This document shows, in pieces, positions 62,301-64,000 of a DNA stretch of 64,000 nucleotides. This DNA comes from Octopus vulgaris (Eukaryota), in NCBI GenBank assembly GCA_951406725.2, contig OX597823.1, positions 16,740,001 to 16,804,000 of the forward strand, in the 5' to 3' direction. A program made the position numbers and the translations under genes. Position 1 is the first letter of the stretch. Each line of letters starts with the position of its first letter. The notes under the pieces were generated by a model. That model searched no databases and was not told the origin of the DNA. It saw nothing but the letters and a program-made list of their open reading frames with translations.

Positions 62301-62816
62301 ACCAAACCTTAGTCACAATTTATGCAACTAACAGTAGCTGAATGATAACAAAGTTATTTTACTAAATTCTTTGTTATATTTAAAGTAATTGAAAGAAACA
62401 CAGAGCATCTCAAAATAAATACAGTAATGGAAGGGTTAAGCTATGTTTTATAACATAGATTAGCATGAAATTTTGATGAACGGTTTTAAGTTAGATCACT
62501 TTAAAACAAGGAAATTTGCATCATAGAATCAGGGATAGTGGTTTCAGACAGGTTGGTAAGAAAAGGGTGTTAATGAGATCCTGAAAGCTTTCAATGGTGG
62601 CATTCATTCAATCTGTTCAGGTAACTTGAAGAATAAATAACTTACCTTAAATGTTATAGCTGGGTAAACCTTATTAGTACTCAACATCACATTACAGCAC
62701 CAAACATTGTTGGTGTTCTTTAGATCAAGGGTTCCACTCTTCCAGCTGACATTGCCAGTCTTTTGAGTGTAATACTTAATGGAACCAGACCATTCAAGTG
62801 TATCTGGAAGCTTCAT
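18585..62816 (-). CDS. USP37: USP37-like ubiquitin-specific protease gene, 23 coding exons, about 912 aa
   Basis: All exons have GT-AG ends and phases chain without frameshift (2739 nt). Motifs: PH-like N-terminus, GLTNMGNTCYLNAILQSLF Cys box, QDAHE, SIQDALDLFF, LPRVLILHLKRY, UIM-like motifs, GNLPHSYQLVSVVAHIG, GHY His box, SGYIFFY, matching the USP37/26/29 family. Confidence 0.92.
18849..19240 (+). mobile_element. tRNA-derived SINE family 1, full length
   Basis: A box tggctgtgtggtaag, B box ggttcagtcc, CORE-like accttgggcaagt, internal (TA)n(TG)n; more than 12 copies or fragments in window. Confidence 0.88.
19356..19424. repeat. (TA)n(CA)n microsatellite (other long (TA)n near 2817, 27481, 28817, 35709, 42947, 43201, 50345)
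   Basis: Direct dinucleotide runs. Confidence 0.95.
20113..20341 (-). mobile_element. piggyBac-type MITE family A
   Basis: Reverse complement of 3363-3591, TTAA at both ends. Confidence 0.85.
20956..21336 (-). mobile_element. SINE family 1
   Basis: Reverse complement of 18849-19240. Confidence 0.88.
21608..21746 (-). CDS. USP37: USP37-like coding exon 22, His box (GHYLSEV...WYSFDD...SGYIFFYLSK)
   Basis: Catalytic His/Asp motifs; catcag acceptor, gtaagt donor. Confidence 0.95.
21973..22314 (+). mobile_element. tRNA-derived SINE family 4 with 12-bp TSD
   Basis: A/B boxes (tggctctgtgattag, gctcgaatcc); TSD agatgttacaca; inverted copy at 40752-41097. Confidence 0.85.
22542..22770 (+). mobile_element. 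piggyBac-type MITE family B
   Basis: TTAA-CCCTTTAG ... GGG-TTAA; homologous to 36527-36756 and 63003-63438. Confidence 0.8.
24086..24155 (-). CDS. USP37: USP37-like coding exon 21 (EGNLPHSYQLVSVVAHIGNTSVSG)
   Basis: USP37-type GNLPHSY.L.SVV.HIG motif; ttccag acceptor, gtaagt donor. Confidence 0.93.
24880..25332 (+). pseudogene. Tc1/mariner-superfamily transposase fragment
   Basis: FKDECAIH...WAKKNPH, FQQDGALAHY, FPNKWIG, RSLDLTTCDNSL*GYIKD. Confidence 0.7.
25340..25749 (-). mobile_element. SINE family 1
   Basis: Near-identical to other copies. Confidence 0.88.
26072..26366 (+). mobile_element. tRNA-derived SINE family 5 (Arg-like head)
   Basis: tggcctagtggttag A box, ggttcgaatc B box, tcg at anticodon position, TSD taacaaat. 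Confidence 0.8.
26540..26649 (-). CDS. USP37: USP37-like coding exon 20 (DLNNDDELQPSP...LKTNAA)
   Basis: tcctag acceptor, gtaatt donor, phase 1 to 0. Confidence 0.85.
27590..27698. repeat. Inverted repeat with arms of about 50 bp
   Basis: atgttgtagta...gccaataaaaa versus tttttattggc...tactacaacat. Confidence 0.85.
28506..28563 (-). CDS. USP37: USP37-like coding exon 19 with UIM-like motif EEEDLKKAKAMSL
   Basis: ctttag acceptor, gtgagt donor, phase 0 to 1. Confidence 0.88.
28646..29044 (+). mobile_element. SINE family 1
   Basis: Near-identical to other copies. Confidence 0.88.
29497..29893 (+). mobile_element. SINE family 2, head-to-tail dimer
   Basis: Same dimer structure as 8294-8690. 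Confidence 0.85.
30346..30497 (-). CDS. USP37: USP37-like coding exon 18 (YDAENKENQQPTQNG...VVDLE)
   Basis: aag acceptor after AT-rich tract, gtagat donor, phase 1 to 0. Confidence 0.75.
31166..31562 (-). mobile_element. SINE family 1
   Basis: Near-identical to other copies, flanked by (TA)n. Confidence 0.88.
32873..33091 (-). CDS. USP37: USP37-like coding exon 17 with UIM-like motif SEEERMRLAIENSL
   Basis: tttcag acceptor, gtaagt donor; acidic-x-x-hydrophobic-x-x-A-x-x-x-S UIM pattern. Confidence 0.88.
34645..35023 (+). mobile_element. SINE family 1
   Basis: Near-identical to other copies. Confidence 0.88.
35257..35317 (-). CDS. USP37: USP37-like coding exon 16 (LPDCCSTPEDNSSETKPMEN)
   Basis: tttcag acceptor, gtaagt donor, phase 0 to 1. 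Confidence 0.78.
36313..36378 (-). CDS. USP37: USP37-like coding exon 15 (ESTKSQDLSFFNDLEFGQNSKL)
   Basis: ttctag acceptor, gtaagt donor, phase 0 to 0. Confidence 0.72.
36527..36756 (+). mobile_element. piggyBac-type MITE family B
   Basis: TTAA TSD, CCCTTTAG/CTAAAGGG TIRs. Confidence 0.8.
37377..37515 (-). CDS. USP37: USP37-like coding exon 14 (NSAHKSSLFESAENADD...TDNK)
   Basis: tttcag acceptor, gtaact donor, phase 2 to 0. Confidence 0.8.
38544..38786. repeat. AT-rich inverted repeat with arms of about 110 bp
   Basis: gagaaataacctctattaagcaattcaat versus attgaattgcttaatagaggttatttctc. Confidence 0.85.
39060..39131 (-). CDS. USP37: USP37-like coding exon 13 (PPKARTEMEKDSSLCRRLEYTDS)
   Basis: ttgcag acceptor, gtaagt donor, phase 2 to 2. 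Confidence 0.78.
40208..40366 (-). CDS. USP37: USP37-like coding exon 12 (VLILHLKRYTY...)
   Basis: LHLKR motif; ttccag acceptor, gtaaga donor. Confidence 0.93.
40752..41097 (-). mobile_element. SINE family 4 with 11-bp TSD
   Basis: TSD tgttaagtaat; reverse complement of 21973-22314. Confidence 0.85.
41172..41291 (-). CDS. USP37: USP37-like coding exon 11 (NPSIQDALDLFF...CAKC...RLPR)
   Basis: ttccag acceptor, gtaaga donor; second CxxC. Confidence 0.93.
41463..41528 (-). CDS. USP37: USP37-like coding exon 10 (CGVVVSKVEQCIDLSLDIPKG)
   Basis: ttttag acceptor, gtgagc donor; completes CxxC and LSLDIP motif. Confidence 0.9.
42042..42433. mobile_element. Second copy of the GGATC-TIR MITE
   Basis: High similarity to 6550-6958; flanked by actt on both sides. 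Confidence 0.85.
43397..44178. repeat. Foldback inverted repeat, arms about 43397-43740 and 43857-44178
   Basis: Arms are near-identical reverse complements; explains the mirrored ORFs 43398+ and 43718-. Confidence 0.92.
44407..44597 (-). CDS. USP37: USP37-like coding exon 9 (DAHECLNQVLDCLKEE...NFEFDINRSITCKR)
   Basis: DAHE motif; ttgtag acceptor, gtaaaa donor. Confidence 0.92.
44892..45054. mobile_element. Short MITE-like element with ggacaat/attgtcc terminal motifs
   Basis: Imperfect TIR tcgggacaattacctccc versus gagggtaaatgtccgcga. Confidence 0.45.
45581..45932 (+). mobile_element. SINE family 1 (an inverted partial copy follows at 46183-46470)
   Basis: Homology to 18849-19240. Confidence 0.85.
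46649..46775 (-). CDS. USP37: USP37-like coding exon 8 (TMANLLISQ...FLSNDMQ)
   Basis: ttgcag acceptor, gtaagt donor, phase 2 to 0. Confidence 0.9.
49600..49996 (+). mobile_element. Non-autonomous Helitron-like element
   Basis: Same body as 1-280 and 60043-60440; CTAG|T end; 5' limit approximate. Confidence 0.78.
50034..50165 (-). CDS. USP37: USP37-like coding exon 7, catalytic Cys box (LTNMGNTCYLNAILQSLF)
   Basis: Canonical USP Cys box; cctcag acceptor, gtaacc donor. Confidence 0.95.
51172..51306 (-). CDS. USP37: USP37-like coding exon 6 (MKRCETTPVKRARLL...KLALRG)
   Basis: ctgtag acceptor, gtaatt donor, supplies the G of G-LTNMGN. Confidence 0.85.
52268..52490 (-). mobile_element. SINE family 2
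   Basis: Homology to 12720-12948. Confidence 0.85.
52558..52701 (-). CDS. USP37: USP37-like coding exon 5 (SPTSTTTNGDNF...VKRVLG)
   Basis: ttccag acceptor, gtaact donor, 144 nt open, phase 2 to 2. Confidence 0.8.
52814..53500 (+). mobile_element. piggyBac-type MITE family A interrupted by a retroposon
   Basis: MITE halves 52814-52868 and 53314-53500. Confidence 0.85.
52869..53313. mobile_element. 445-bp RTE-derived retroposon with 15-bp TSD
   Basis: TSD ctctgtagtacaaat at 52854-52868 and 53314-53328; (AAG)n tail on minus; GC-rich body. Confidence 0.8.
53928..54157 (-). mobile_element. SINE family 2
   Basis: Homology to 12720-12948. Confidence 0.85.
54940..55050 (-). CDS. USP37: USP37-like coding exon 4 (GKENSKLDNT...ESPVCLSK)
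   Basis: ttgtag acceptor, gtaagt donor, phase 2 to 2. Confidence 0.82.
55147..55457 (+). mobile_element. Mariner 5' fragment truncated by a SINE
   Basis: MEVTKEHIQHILLYEINKGNNATESVRNINAVYGD from 55332 resembles the mariner N-terminal HTH. Confidence 0.7.
55459..56020 (+). mobile_element. SINE family 1 containing an inverted head fragment (about 55730-55820)
   Basis: Head and tail colinear with the family; internal segment is reverse complement of the head. Confidence 0.8.
56215..56290 (-). CDS. USP37: USP37-like coding exon 3 (KVSATTPLSNKTFNVSAERMTRQAYG); 5' boundary uncertain, see finding
   Basis: Phase 1 to 2 exon required between exons 2 and 4; gtaaat donor; acceptor gagcag is atypical and abuts a rearranged MITE end. 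Confidence 0.65.
56526..56775 (+). mobile_element. piggyBac-type MITE family A with internal replacement
   Basis: TTAA-CCCT ends; 56620-56685 is foreign sequence. Confidence 0.8.
57946..58102 (-). CDS. USP37: USP37-like coding exon 2 (LIRSNIKRLIFKKRLLLEFADG...)
   Basis: ttctag acceptor, gtaagc donor, phase 0 to 1. Confidence 0.85.
58845..59540 (+). repeat. Three tandem copies of MITE family A
   Basis: Units start at about 58845, 59077 and 59313, separated by a repeated acagaatgtgata flank. Confidence 0.9.
60043..60440 (+). mobile_element. Complete non-autonomous Helitron-like element
   Basis: A|TC 5' end, hairpin cccgagcaacgccggg, CTAG|T 3' end, internal partial duplication. Confidence 0.85.
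60854..61084 (+). mobile_element. SINE family 2 with 16-bp TSD
   Basis: agaaatagcagtcaaa on both sides. Confidence 0.85.
62212..62439 (+). mobile_element. piggyBac-type MITE family A nested in an older related element
   Basis: TTAA both ends; flanks 62029-62211 and 62440-62573 resemble the family in opposite orientation. Confidence 0.85.
62646..62816 (-). CDS. USP37: USP37-like coding exon 1 (putative ATG 62816; exon acceptor at 62847), PH-like domain
   Basis: MKLPDTLEWSGSIKYYTQKTGNVSWKSGTLDL; gtaagt donor; frame is also open 5' of the ATG so the start is not certain. Confidence 0.8.
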
Positions 62817-63002
62817 GCTGATGGTGCTAGGTGAATGAGTTGCAATTCTGAAACAAAAAAAGGGCCTATAAAAATATGTTAACAAGCAGTACTTGTAGAA
62901 ATTACTTGATTATTTCGAGAACTGTAAATTGATCAAAAATTATAGAGAACCAGAAAATATATAATTGCTTTTGAAATTGATTTTTTTTTAACCTTTGATG
63001 AT

Positions 63003-63438
63003 TTAACTTTTTAGTATTTAAACTGGCCATATCCGGCCAAAATATTTAATCTGTTTTATGTTTGCCAGCTCCATCTGGCACCTGTGCGGGTGGCACGTAA
63101 AAAGCACTCACTACACTCATGGAGTGGTTGGCGTTACGAAGGGCATCCAGCCGTAGAAACACTGCCAGATCAGACTGGGCCTGGTGCAGCCTTCTGGCTT
63201 CACACACCCCAGTTGAACCGTCCAACCCATGCTAGCATGGAAAGCGGACGCTAAATGATGATGATGATGTTCAAACTGACCAGATCCAGGCTCTCACACC
63301 TACCCTACAATGTTATTCTACATTAGGTAATTACACCATCAAGATCTTGAAGATATGAGGTAATGCATGATTAATTCAAATCAATGGGAATCAATAAGCA
63401 TTATGTTTGATAGAATAATCAGAACACTAAAGGGTTAA
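63003..63438 (+). mobile_element. MITE family B interrupted by a (GAT)n-tailed retroposon (63063-63269)
   Basis: Halves colinear with 22542-22770. Confidence 0.75.
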
Positions 63439-63793
63439 ATGGTGTAAAAGTCCAAATACACAGTATTTAATGTGCAGTCTTAGGAAGCAACATCTCTGAA
63501 AGCTATTATCCTTGTTATAGATCTAATAATTATTTGGAGTGTTGCTATTGGTTTTCATTTTACATCAAGAAGTAAACAATACAAACTATAGAAAGAAATC
63601 AAAAACATCTATAATATTCTGCTAGTGTATGACTGTGTTAGTAAAGCTTCAACAAATGTTAGTATGCTGTATTACATCCTTATTTTCGTAACAGTGAAAA
63701 GTTCATATGGCTAAACTTGAACCATATGGTCCTAACTCCACAGCACCTCGGGCAAGACTCTTCTACAAAAGCCTCAAGTGAAATTCAGTCGAC

Positions 63794-64000
63794 AGGAGCG
63801 TAGGAGTGGCTCTGTGGTAAGTAGCTTGCTTACGAACCACATGGTTCCGGGTTCAGTCCCACTGCGTGGCACCTTCGGCAAGTGTCTTCTACTATAGCCT
63901 CGGGACGACCAAAGCCTTGTGAGTGGATTTGATAGACGGAAACTGAAAGAAGCCCATCGTATATATGTGTGTATATGTTTGTGTGTCTGTGTTTGTCCCC
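63794..64000 (+). mobile_element. SINE family 1, cut by window end
   Basis: Head and microsatellite linker present. Confidence 0.85.

Overview
AT-rich, repeat-dense animal genomic DNA; the SINE/MITE complement suggests an octopod cephalopod (inference). I reconstructed two convergent intron-containing genes by hand from GT-AG sites and codon phase. A METTL23-like methyltransferase lies on + (4 coding exons, 4075-14347; first exon apparently upstream of the window). A USP37-like deubiquitinase lies on - (23 coding exons, 62816-18585, about 912 aa, with PH-like N-terminus, Cys box, UIM-like motifs and His box). Introns hold tRNA-derived SINEs, RTE-type LINE remnants, TTAA piggyBac-type MITEs, non-autonomous Helitrons, decayed Tc1/mariner copies and (TA)n-flanked inverted repeats. 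Three observations stand out. (1) Several unrelated short elements carry minimal type-I hammerhead-ribozyme motifs, the best-preserved with palindromic helix III, resembling Penelope-type elements or non-LTR retrozymes. (2) A complex micro-rearrangement appears to have inverted the 5' half of USP37 coding exon 3, leaving an in-frame cryptic acceptor. (3) An RTE-derived short retroposon looks twin-primed. Almost all ORFs in the supplied track are spurious repeat or intron read-throughs.
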